Shown: one piece after another, positions 56,289 through 64,000 of the stretch
Layout: each line of letters opens with the position of its first letter
Position numbering within the stretch: position 1 is the first letter of the stretch
From: an uncultured virus (IMG/VR IMGVR_UViG_3300025751_000002)
Taxonomy: Duplodnaviria > Heunggongvirae > Uroviricota > Caudoviricetes
IMG/VR virus record: IMGVR_UViG_3300025751_000002
DNA length: 64,000 bases
Reading direction: 5' to 3' (one strand)
Program-made: the position numbers and the translations under genes
Notes under the pieces: generated by a model
The model's database searches: none
What the model saw: the letters and a program-made list of their open reading frames with translations, nothing else
What the model was told of the DNA's origin: nothing

Positions 56289-56714
56289 TTACTTTTGAAC
56301 TGTACCTTTCTTTCTTCTATTATTGCATTGCTCTTTATGCGTAGCCCATCTAACGTTTCCTGGCTCGTAATGCCCTAAGTTGTCAATACGGTCAAGCGAC
56401 ATACCTTCTGGCCTAATTCCAATTTCAGCGATCAACGCTTCTAAAGATTGAAACCGAAATTCAATATTAGTGTAATAACCGCCGTGACCTGTTTTACAGC
56501 GACGTTTTGCTCTGTAATAGCTATTGCGTGTCCTTAGTAAACCCGCATCATTTTTTACTCCTGTTCCTTTTCGAACGCTTTTTCTCCCTTTGTATTTACA
56601 GGATCGGCAAGTCCATGTCCCACCTTTCCTGTTGTATTGGTCAATTCGAATAGACGAGTTTTTTCCGCAATCCGTACAGGCTACGTCAACATAATTCCAC
56701 CGTGACTCAGGCAT
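56289..56714 (-). CDS. HNH homing endonuclease
   Basis: CTDC...[41 protein letters not shown]. Confidence 0.85.
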   Translation of the reverse strand: MPESRWNYVDVACTDCGKNSSIRIDQYNRKGGTWTCRSCKYKGRKSVRKGTGVKNDAGLLRTRNSYYRAKRRCKTGHGGYYTNIEFRFQSLEALIAEIGIRPEGMSLDRIDNLGHYEPGNVRWATHKEQCNNRRKKGTVQK

Positions 56715-57052
56715 GTGGCAAGTAACTCTGAAGAAAGTATACCACTTATGATGATCCACTTCACTTTATGCGACCAGTAACGTGCTGACATTTTATCAGG
56801 ATTAGGATCCTGGGCATTATGCCTAGCGTAATACGACTTCTTTCTTGCTTTATCTTTTTCACTCTTTGGATTTTTACCAGCACCTTCTACGCCTTGTTGA
56901 CCAAAGCGTACAATCTTTTCCTTACCTCCTTCACACGCTTTAACCACATGACTCTTGGTTGCATGTCCAGGGGTACGTTTTGGTTTATTACAAGGCATTG
57001 AATCCTTGGCTAATTTTGCAGCTTTAGCTGCTTTCTTCCTTTTATCTGACAT
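56681..57052 (-). CDS. basic hypothetical protein with 3' end disturbed by the HNH insertion
   Basis: KIVRFGQQG...RKKSYYARH...[11 protein letters not shown] followed by an apparently foreign tail. Confidence 0.7.
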   Translation of the reverse strand: MSDKRKKAAKAAKLAKDSMPCNKPKRTPGHATKSHVVKACEGGKEKIVRFGQQGVEGAGKNPKSEKDKARKKSYYARHNAQDPNPDKMSARYWSHKVKWIIISGILSSELLATCLSHGGIMLT

Positions 57053-57057
57053 AAGTA

Positions 57058-59286
57058 TTAACCGAATAGCGAACCAAATCCACCGCCTCTACTCATATTA
57101 AAATAGGAAGGTGCATTTTCATCTTCCTCATCACCAAACATATCAAAGTATTTTAATCTAAGTTGACTGGGTGTTTTACCAAGTTTTGGTACATCTGTAT
57201 CTGAACCAAGTGCTCGATCAATCGATGACATTGCAGCAAAAGGATCAGAGAAATCAGGTAATTCAAATCCTAATAAACCAGTTAATCCTTTGGAAGAAGT
57301 AGCCTGCCCAACGTCAATTGCACTCAAACTTTTATCTTCTTCCGTTGCATCAGGAAGAAATTCTTTATAAAAATCTGCTTCACTGCCGCCAAATCCTGCG
57401 TTCTTAAATACTTTATACAATGCACTGCCACCAGCTGGAGCAGCTACTTGTTCATCGGTATCTCTTTGAATGTAACCATAACCAAGTTGTTCTTGCGTTG
57501 GCTTAATCTTTTGTTCGTTTAGCTGTCTAATGTCTTCTCGAATCTGTAAAGCAGGATCTGTACGTAAGATCTGAGCCAAGGCATCTTTTACTTCTCCAGC
57601 TGGATCTGTCTTTTCATTAACACCAAGTCCTCGCAAGCGATCTTGTAACTCAGCAGGTAAAGCTGCAATATTTAACTTATCTACTAAATCAGCTGCCTTA
57701 GCTTCTGCTGATACAAAATCAGCAAATACAGGACTTGGCAAAGAAGCTTTTTGCGCCTCCAACGCGGTCGCAAGGTCACCTTGAATGTATTGTGCAAGAT
57801 CTTGCCTGGTGTAAGTATCAGGGGCAGGATCATATCCTTTGCCTTTACCAATAACTTCGTAATGAAGGCGAGCAAAATCAGCTTTGTTTTCTAGATCTAA
57901 ACCATATTCATAAGCTAGTTGACTCCAGGATTTACCATCAATAACAGCAGCATCACTGTTGCGTGCGTTCCAGGCTGCATCAACAGCTATTTTTTGTTCA
58001 GCGTAGGTTGCTTGTTTTGCAGTTACATCAGTGCCTGTAATTGTTTCAGGATTAAAGTAAAAATTAGCATCAAAGCCACGTGTAACCTGGTTTGAACCAA
58101 GGCTATCAATATATGTATTTGCTTGTTTATTAGCGTAATCTTTTAATGCGCTAGATGCAAGCTGTGTCTGCAGAGCGTTCTGCTCATCTTTTGTAACGTC
58201 AATATAACTAACAAATTCAGAGATAGATTTAGAAGTATCAAAACGCGGTTTTAAATAATCATTGATGAAACCATTAACAAATTCTTGTTCTAGTTTGTAT
58301 TTAATATTTGCATCTTCTGGGTTGGTGATCTCGCTCATATTGCGATATCTTTCTGTTAATGTTTTGTCAAACCAATCTTGCCAGTTGTAAGCAACAGAAG
58401 ATCCAATACCAAGGCTTCTGTCCAACGTCGCAGATAATCCTTTTTCAACATCAGAACCAGCATTGAACCCAAGAAAACCACCAAATCCTGAATCGCCTAA
58501 TATTGAATTTTTAATATCTTGTTTTAAAGAATTAACAGATGGCATTCCCATTCCCTGGAAAATATTAGCCATTTGCTCTTTCTTTAATGCCTTGCTGTAC
58601 TCATTAAGAGTTTGTTTCAATACGTCTGCTGATAAGGCACCAAATGCTTGTTCCCCTTGTTTATCAACAAGGCTTTGGGTGGCAAGCGCTGCAAGTGAAT
58701 CCGGTCTTGCTTCGCTTGTACCAGTTATTGTTTCCCTTAAGATCTGACGCTCTCTATCGGTAGGTGCTCTACCAACTTCTGTATACACTTCAAGATCTCT
58801 TGGTTTACCTAACCTGCCACTTGGTGCGCCAACCAGGGTGTAATTTGCATGCAAAAAAGAATCTAAATCAGCGTACTTCTTTGTAATATCAACGTCAGCA
58901 ATCTTTTGCCCGCCAAAAGAAACAGAGGTGGATGCGTTATTCCAGCTAGCAACTTCATCTGGTACTTGCTTTGAATAAAACTTGGCATCAAAGGTAGATA
59001 GATCAGCGCCTTGTTTAGTCGGATCCCACTGGGAAATGCCTGAAGCAGTAGCGTAAAAATTTTCTAGTTCCTGTACTGTTTGCTGATCAATGTAATCATT
59101 TGGATTTGTATAATTACCCTGGAGCGATTGATCCAGGGATTCCATCAACTGCTTGTAGTTTGTATCTCCAGCTTGTATTCCATTAAAACGCTGCGCAATC
59201 TGACCAGCAACAGCCTTCTCATCTTCTGTTGCGTCAGCTGGTAATACAGGAGTAAGTACACCAGCCTTTACGTTAAACCGGATCAT
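57058..59286 (-). CDS. large hypothetical virion-type protein
   Basis: 742-aa ORF. Confidence 0.75.
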   Translation of the reverse strand: MIRFNVKAGVLTPVLPADATEDEKAVAGQIAQRFNGIQAGDTNYKQLMESLDQSLQGNYTNPNDYIDQQTVQELENFYATASGISQWDPTKQGADLSTFDAKFYSKQVPDEVASWNNASTSVSFGGQKIADVDITKKYADLDSFLHANYTLVGAPSGRLGKPRDLEVYTEVGRAPTDRERQILRETITGTSEARPDSLAALATQSLVDKQGEQAFGALSADVLKQTLNEYSKALKKEQMANIFQGMGMPSVNSLKQDIKNSILGDSGFGGFLGFNAGSDVEKGLSATLDRSLGIGSSVAYNWQDWFDKTLTERYRNMSEITNPEDANIKYKLEQEFVNGFINDYLKPRFDTSKSISEFVSYIDVTKDEQNALQTQLASSALKDYANKQANTYIDSLGSNQVTRGFDANFYFNPETITGTDVTAKQATYAEQKIAVDAAWNARNSDAAVIDGKSWSQLAYEYGLDLENKADFARLHYEVIGKGKGYDPAPDTYTRQDLAQYIQGDLATALEAQKASLPSPVFADFVSAEAKAADLVDKLNIAALPAELQDRLRGLGVNEKTDPAGEVKDALAQILRTDPALQIREDIRQLNEQKIKPTQEQLGYGYIQRDTDEQVAAPAGGSALYKVFKNAGFGGSEADFYKEFLPDATEEDKSLSAIDVGQATSSKGLTGLLGFELPDFSDPFAAMSSIDRALGSDTDVPKLGKTPSQLRLKYFDMFGDEEDENAPSYFNMSRGGGFGSLFG

Positions 59287-59639
59287 GATGCTTTTCTATA
59301 TGCGTTAAAATCGACGAGGCTAAACTCATCTGGTTTCATCCAGGTTTTTATTCTATTCAACTTTTCTTCACTAAAGAAATCTTGTTGTTTGTACCAGGTT
59401 TCCATGTCGGCTGATGCCTTGTTAGCATTGCATCGGCAACAAGCAGGAACAAGGTTGTTCCGGTTAGAACAACCAGATTTAAAGCGAGGAATAATATGAT
59501 CAAGGCTTGTAGCAACTCCTTCACAATACCCACACTTATTATCCCAAGCTTGGTATATACTTTGTCGGAAACGTTTTTTGGCAAGTTTAGGTGTTAATTC
59601 AACTAGCAGGGCAAGCGGCTCATGCTGGTTGCAAAACAT
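59283..59639 (-). CDS. HNH endonuclease (McrA-like)
   Basis: CGYC...SLDHIIP..GC..RNNLVPACCRCNANK. Confidence 0.85.
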   Translation of the reverse strand: MFCNQHEPLALLVELTPKLAKKRFRQSIYQAWDNKCGYCEGVATSLDHIIPRFKSGCSNRNNLVPACCRCNANKASADMETWYKQQDFFSEEKLNRIKTWMKPDEFSLVDFNAYRKAS

Positions 59640-59781
59640 ACTTTTCTTGCTGTTAATTTATTTTAGTTTGCCCACATATGTAAGGTAACAAGATAAACAG
59701 ATAAAGCTTTGCTTAAATTGCTTGACACACTGCTGTGCCAGGTTAATTTGTGCCTGTACTCAAAGCCTCATTACCGCATCA

Positions 59782-60000
59782 ATGGCTAAGCATCCGGGCT
59801 GGGTTTCAGGTCAACAAGCCGAAAAACTTTTGGGCATCGACCGCAAAACGCTCCATCGCTATCGTGACAACGGCACGCTAAAGCTTGGTCCTCATTATGC
59901 AGCGTTCTCTGAAACCCGTTCCAGGGACAGCTTTCGTTGGAATGTAACAGCAGTCAGGAAACACCTGCAAAAGCAGGGTATGATGCCGCTGGCCGCTTAA
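59782..60000 (+). CDS. excisionase-like HTH protein
   Basis: WVSGQQAEKLLGIDRKTLHRYR...GPHY. Confidence 0.65.
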   Translation: MAKHPGWVSGQQAEKLLGIDRKTLHRYRDNGTLKLGPHYAAFSETRSRDSFRWNVTAVRKHLQKQGMMPLAA

Positions 60001-60382
60001 CTTGCCTATAGTGCTTCTTACGGAGATTGTGAGCAAGAAGCAAGTCAGTAATGTTTAATTCAACATTCTGAAAAGCCATTGCTTCATAAAGGGACAAACA
60101 AAGGGAACCAAGGCAGCTCTGTAGGTCACAGGGCTGTTTTTCTTTTAGGGAAAAAAGAAAAGCCCACTGAGGATGGACTGGTTTAATCGATCGTTTTTTG
60201 GATGGTAATGATATTGAGTAATCTTGATTCCATGTAAGATTTTTCAGTTGTTCAGGCTTAAGGCCATAGGCAGCAACCATGCCATAGAGCCAAGCAACAT
60301 CTTTTGTTTTTTTCGTGGATGCTAAACGGAAGTACTCATCTACAATCCGCTGATCCAGGGGCGGTTGATAGGTCATGTCCAA
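59954..60382 (-). CDS. truncated tyrosine-recombinase-like protein
   Basis: WLYGMVAAYGLKPEQL (box I, R to K) and HNLR; ends before box II Tyr. Confidence 0.5.
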   Translation of the reverse strand: MDMTYQPPLDQRIVDEYFRLASTKKTKDVAWLYGMVAAYGLKPEQLKNLTWNQDYSISLPSKKRSIKPVHPQWAFLFSLKEKQPCDLQSCLGSLCLSLYEAMAFQNVELNITDLLLAHNLRKKHYRQVKRPAASYPAFAGVS

Positions 60383-60486
60383 ATGAGCTGAGTAACCGAA
60401 CCATATCCAATGGTGGGACCAACTCGCAAGGGTTAAATAAAAGCTTAATAAGTCCAGAGGGACTTAATATAAGTATACATTATTAA

Positions 60487-62037
60487 TTAAGGTGAATATT
60501 CATTTCCGTTCTTGTCAAACATAACGAAGTTTTCAAGCAAGATACGATCGGTTGCAAAGTTAAACAACCTTTGTATCATCGGAAAAATCATTGGCGATTG
60601 ACAGTTATAAGGAGGAACATCCATTTTTGATAAAGCATTCCTGGTCTGCATGAAATCTTTAATGCTTTCCTGTTCCTTCTCTGATTTTGAAACTAACTTT
60701 TGCTCCCATTCAGCCATGCTTTCAATCCCTACTGGGAAATCGGATGGTTCAGGTGGGAATACATTATCTCTAAATTTCAATGCATAGATATGTTTGCAGT
60801 AACGCAACTCATCCAAGAGTGGGGTCCAGGTGTCGTTAACTGCTGTAACCGTAATTTGTTCAATAGAGTTTGCGTCAGTTGTTTGCGTGACTGATGCGTA
60901 ATCTTCAAAAACAGGTAAACCTTCTGGAGTTGATCCACGGATAGAAATATTGCTTGTGCTTCTTACATACGTTGCACCAAAATCTGCATATACCCCTGGA
61001 TTATCTCTTGTTGACCTTCGATCGGTAGGAGCATTATCCGTTACTTCATAGTTCAAACCAAAGTTATCAGGCGATGTAACTTCCAAGGATCTATTTTGAT
61101 TTGATTTAGTCATGCTGGAGTTATCAATAATTCCATCACGTTTGGTTATTTCAAAACGCCCTGGTTTCAATGTAGACAAACTTGTGCGTGGAAACTGCCG
61201 CCTATTTGAATCACCTTTTGAACTTAGATATGCATATTCCCTACGTGTGAAATCTTGGCAGGTGCACGAGTAACGCGAACCAGAATTAAGAAATCTCCCT
61301 GGAGTAAAACCGATTGGAGAAGGTGTTATAAAAGCCCCGTCAGGGCTTACCTGCACGGATCCAGCCTTCTTGAAGGTAAGGATACCTGTGTCCTGGTTAA
61401 TGGCCACTACAACGGCTTGTACGTAGCCGTAGCGCGTTTGTGTGGCTGGGTTGATTGTATCTTGATCAATAATTTCACCACTAACCGTAAGAATACGGTC
61501 TTCAAAGATTTCTGTATTAGCTGGTTTTAATCCATTAGGTTCTCCTGCAACAGGAATGTAAAAAGGAGAAGGTAATGGATTAGATGCGCTCCAGGTACCC
61601 GCTAGCTTTACATACCAGAAGTTTGCATCTTCTGTAACTGATTCAATGAATAAGTTTTGACTACTCACTGGATCAGTAAGTTGATCGGTACGAATAGAGC
61701 CAGCGAATCTCCAAATAGCCCACTGCATCCCAAGCTCTTTATTGCTTGTGGGATAACCAACGAAAGCGCCTGAGATTGTAGTCGCAGGGTTACCACTGGA
61801 TATGGTGTTAGGTATTTCGTAACGAAAACGATATGTATAGTCGTTATTATAAAAAGTTGCCGTAGCAAGTTCATATCCTCTACGCCAGCGAGACCAGGCC
61901 GATTCTCTATTTACTGCATAGAGTGAATCAGGTACTGATCCTCTAGAAAATTCTGTCGTAATAGGTTTAACCGGACGAGGATCGAATTTCTTCGCCCGGT
62001 CAAAATTACCAAAAGAGCTTCCACTCTTCTTTGGCAT
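60487..62037 (-). CDS. hypothetical protein with split SWIM-like motif
   Basis: YSCTCQDF ... YCKHIYAL. Confidence 0.65.
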   Translation of the reverse strand: MPKKSGSSFGNFDRAKKFDPRPVKPITTEFSRGSVPDSLYAVNRESAWSRWRRGYELATATFYNNDYTYRFRYEIPNTISSGNPATTISGAFVGYPTSNKELGMQWAIWRFAGSIRTDQLTDPVSSQNLFIESVTEDANFWYVKLAGTWSASNPLPSPFYIPVAGEPNGLKPANTEIFEDRILTVSGEIIDQDTINPATQTRYGYVQAVVVAINQDTGILTFKKAGSVQVSPDGAFITPSPIGFTPGRFLNSGSRYSCTCQDFTRREYAYLSSKGDSNRRQFPRTSLSTLKPGRFEITKRDGIIDNSSMTKSNQNRSLEVTSPDNFGLNYEVTDNAPTDRRSTRDNPGVYADFGATYVRSTSNISIRGSTPEGLPVFEDYASVTQTTDANSIEQITVTAVNDTWTPLLDELRYCKHIYALKFRDNVFPPEPSDFPVGIESMAEWEQKLVSKSEKEQESIKDFMQTRNALSKMDVPPYNCQSPMIFPMIQRLFNFATDRILLENFVMFDKNGNEYSP

Positions 62038-62828
62038 CAGAAGAATCCGCCTTGTGCGGTTACGTGAGCACCTGGCGTGTAACCAGAAATATTCAAGCCA
62101 TCAGGGAACACACCAACGTAAATGCGATCACCACGCTCCAGGTAAATGCCTTTGTTGCGTAGAGGCGCAGTGGGACCAAGGCCATTTGTGTTACCTGCGC
62201 CAACAACAGGTGTTGCAAGCTGAGGAAGGAGATCAGAGCAATCAACAGTACCGCTACCTGCTGGCACTGTTTTTGCAAAGAGTACACGGTAGTCACCCGA
62301 TGCAGGGATAGGTGTTGTCGTACCACGGGTGTGGTAGAAGACAAAGGTAACATTGGGTTGATCTCCCCAGGCTACACCGTTATAAAGGAAACCTGAAGAA
62401 GATCCGCCTGAGTACTCAAAAGATGTATTAATACCTGTCAGGGTAGTTGCACCTGTATAGGTGTAATAACCGTAGCCACTTGCAGGAGCTGGAGTAACAA
62501 CACCTGTTTCAGCAACAAAAACAACTTGACCGCTAACAAGAGAAATTACACTGCCAGATGTGACTGTATTAACTGTGTAATCAGCAGGACGATAGAAGTC
62601 ATTACGAGTAATGGTGATTGAATCAACGACGCCACCACTGTTGTTATCTTCTTGTAGTGCAGCATCCATATCCACGAGGATAGATGGTGCTTGTCCACCT
62701 TGCACGAAAAGTGTATTGGCAGTAGAACTACCAACAGTTTGAGTGGTTACGCGAACCGAATCAAAAAGTGGCCTATCAACCAGGAGCGGTTGCTTGTTTG
62801 TGCTAGTACTGGATATTTTACTAAACAC
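62037..62828 (-). CDS. hypothetical virion-type protein
   Basis: STSTNKQPLLVDRP N-terminus, beta-rich; start uncertain. Confidence 0.65.
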   Translation of the reverse strand: MFSKISSTSTNKQPLLVDRPLFDSVRVTTQTVGSSTANTLFVQGGQAPSILVDMDAALQEDNNSGGVVDSITITRNDFYRPADYTVNTVTSGSVISLVSGQVVFVAETGVVTPAPASGYGYYTYTGATTLTGINTSFEYSGGSSSGFLYNGVAWGDQPNVTFVFYHTRGTTTPIPASGDYRVLFAKTVPAGSGTVDCSDLLPQLATPVVGAGNTNGLGPTAPLRNKGIYLERGDRIYVGVFPDGLNISGYTPGAHVTAQGGFF

Positions 62829-62906
62829 CCTGTCTATGCTAGTTTGACAGGGGCCTCCAAAAACTTCTCTTATTCTAATGGCACAAACAACTTTTCAATA
62901 TAAACC

Positions 62907-63635
62907 TTATTGACCAAGCAAGCCTAATACTTCTTGTAGGCCAAACTGTGGACGTTGCTGGAATAGTGATTGCATCACTTGTCCTTTCATTGTATCAAGA
63001 AAAGAACGAGCTTCAGGTTTTGCCTCTTCTTCACCAGATAAATTAATGTTGATACTAACAGGTAAACCCAGGGGATTTTGAAGCTGTTTTTTTAATTTCC
63101 TTTCTTGTTTTTTTGTAAGTTGAGTTGTGGCCCCAAACGTTTGTGTTTCTTGTGGCTGACCAAAAACTTTCTGGAGATCAGCAAGTTTTTTAACAGGTTG
63201 GCCATAGTAACTCTCGCCACTTTCGGTGGGAAGAGAAGCCCATTCTGGTGCTAGTGCAGAGGATACACGCTGGCTAAAACCTTCTTTTTCAAGGGTTGAT
63301 AAACCACCGATAGGCATCAAGCGATTACGCAACAAACGTGTAGCAGCAAGATCTTGATTCTGTGGACCAAAATCAGATAAGCCTAGTGCTTTTGCTTGTC
63401 GCTCCCAGGTAAAGGGCATGAATTGGTATGCACCAGCAGCTGCACTTTTATAGCGTCCTCCATCAATAACTTTGTCTGGATGCCGCTTTAGATCAGGTGC
63501 CAAGCCACCGCCAAACATGACGCGATAGGAATCGGGTCCGCCACGTTCAGTACCTTCCGCAAAACGAATAACTCGCAATGCGTTCTGGATGGCAGGTCTT
63601 GAAACGTAGCTTTGTAGTAATTCGCGTTCTGTCAT
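62907..63635 (-). CDS. lambda-type lysozyme / lytic transglycosylase (GH104) domain protein
   Basis: IRFAEGT..YRVMFGG..HP..SAAAGAYQF..TW..DFGPQNQD..EWASLP. Confidence 0.85.
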   Translation of the reverse strand: MTERELLQSYVSRPAIQNALRVIRFAEGTERGGPDSYRVMFGGGLAPDLKRHPDKVIDGGRYKSAAAGAYQFMPFTWERQAKALGLSDFGPQNQDLAATRLLRNRLMPIGGLSTLEKEGFSQRVSSALAPEWASLPTESGESYYGQPVKKLADLQKVFGQPQETQTFGATTQLTKKQERKLKKQLQNPLGLPVSININLSGEEEAKPEARSFLDTMKGQVMQSLFQQRPQFGLQEVLGLLGQ

Positions 63636-63645
63636 TTTTATTGCC

Positions 63646-63762
63646 TCATTCAGCTACCCAATTTGACTGTGCTTTGAGACCAGGTGTAAATACTGTTTGC
63701 GTAATTGCAACCAGGGATACAGTGGCTGCTAAGCGTTTAACAAAATTAGGGCAGAGAATCAT
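63646..63762 (-). CDS. 38-aa peptide, signal-peptide-like
   Basis: MILCPNFVKRLAATVSLVAITQTVFTPGLKAQSNWVAE*. Confidence 0.4.
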   Translation of the reverse strand: MILCPNFVKRLAATVSLVAITQTVFTPGLKAQSNWVAE

Positions 63763-64000
63763 CGTGATAAAGCAACAACACTGGCTCCCGTGAATCAAAG
63801 ATTCTTGTCCAGCAGGCTGGTCTTACATGCTACGCAATGCCAAGATATTATTCTTTTGCTTGATTAAGTAATGCCTGGAATTTTTTCCGCATTTCTGCAT
63901 CAACTTCTAGCCCGCCTGCACCGTAAGTAGGTTGCATGTTGACAGTAGAAGGAAGGCCTTGCGGTGCACCTAAACCAGGAGGTGGGGTTGGAATCATTTG

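Noticed and set aside
56289..56756. Group I intron carrying the HNH
   Set aside because: The insert is almost entirely ORF, leaving no room for a P3-P9 core.
59954..60382. Functional integrase or prophage boundary
   Set aside because: Too short, catalytic Arg and Tyr are missing, and no host genes or att-like junction are seen.

Overview
This 64-kb window is part of a tailed dsDNA phage genome, most likely a cyanophage: it has NblA-like genes, Dps, ThyX, a T7-type family A polymerase and cyanophage-style integrase and HTH remnants. No capsid, terminase or portal gene is recognisable in the window. Layout: minus-strand hypothetical genes (1-2.7 kb); a plus-strand run of small early-type genes plus PcfJ, tRNA-Leu, thyX, GP88-like, polA, SSB and recombination genes (3.4-23.5 kb); tail/fibre genes (24-29 kb); dps; a GDP-sugar cluster (gmd, ColD-like, two GT-A glycosyltransferases); exonuclease, primase-helicase, a GT4 and an origin-like inverted repeat (36-43.6 kb); then lysins, a repeat-rich fibre, dcd, nblA, several HNH genes and virion-type genes. 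The most striking unexplained signal is non-coding. Three dispersed families of small structured RNA elements recur: an H-type pseudoknot (6 copies plus 1 variant), a bulged hairpin (5 plus 1) and a tRNA-like three-way junction (3). They show compensatory base changes between copies and sit at a nearly fixed distance upstream of start codons that mostly lack a Shine-Dalgarno sequence. A larger, pseudoknotted, ORF-poor region lies at 13.9-14.3 kb. All protein calls come from motif recognition by eye and all RNA structures from manual pairing; no searches or folding programs were run.
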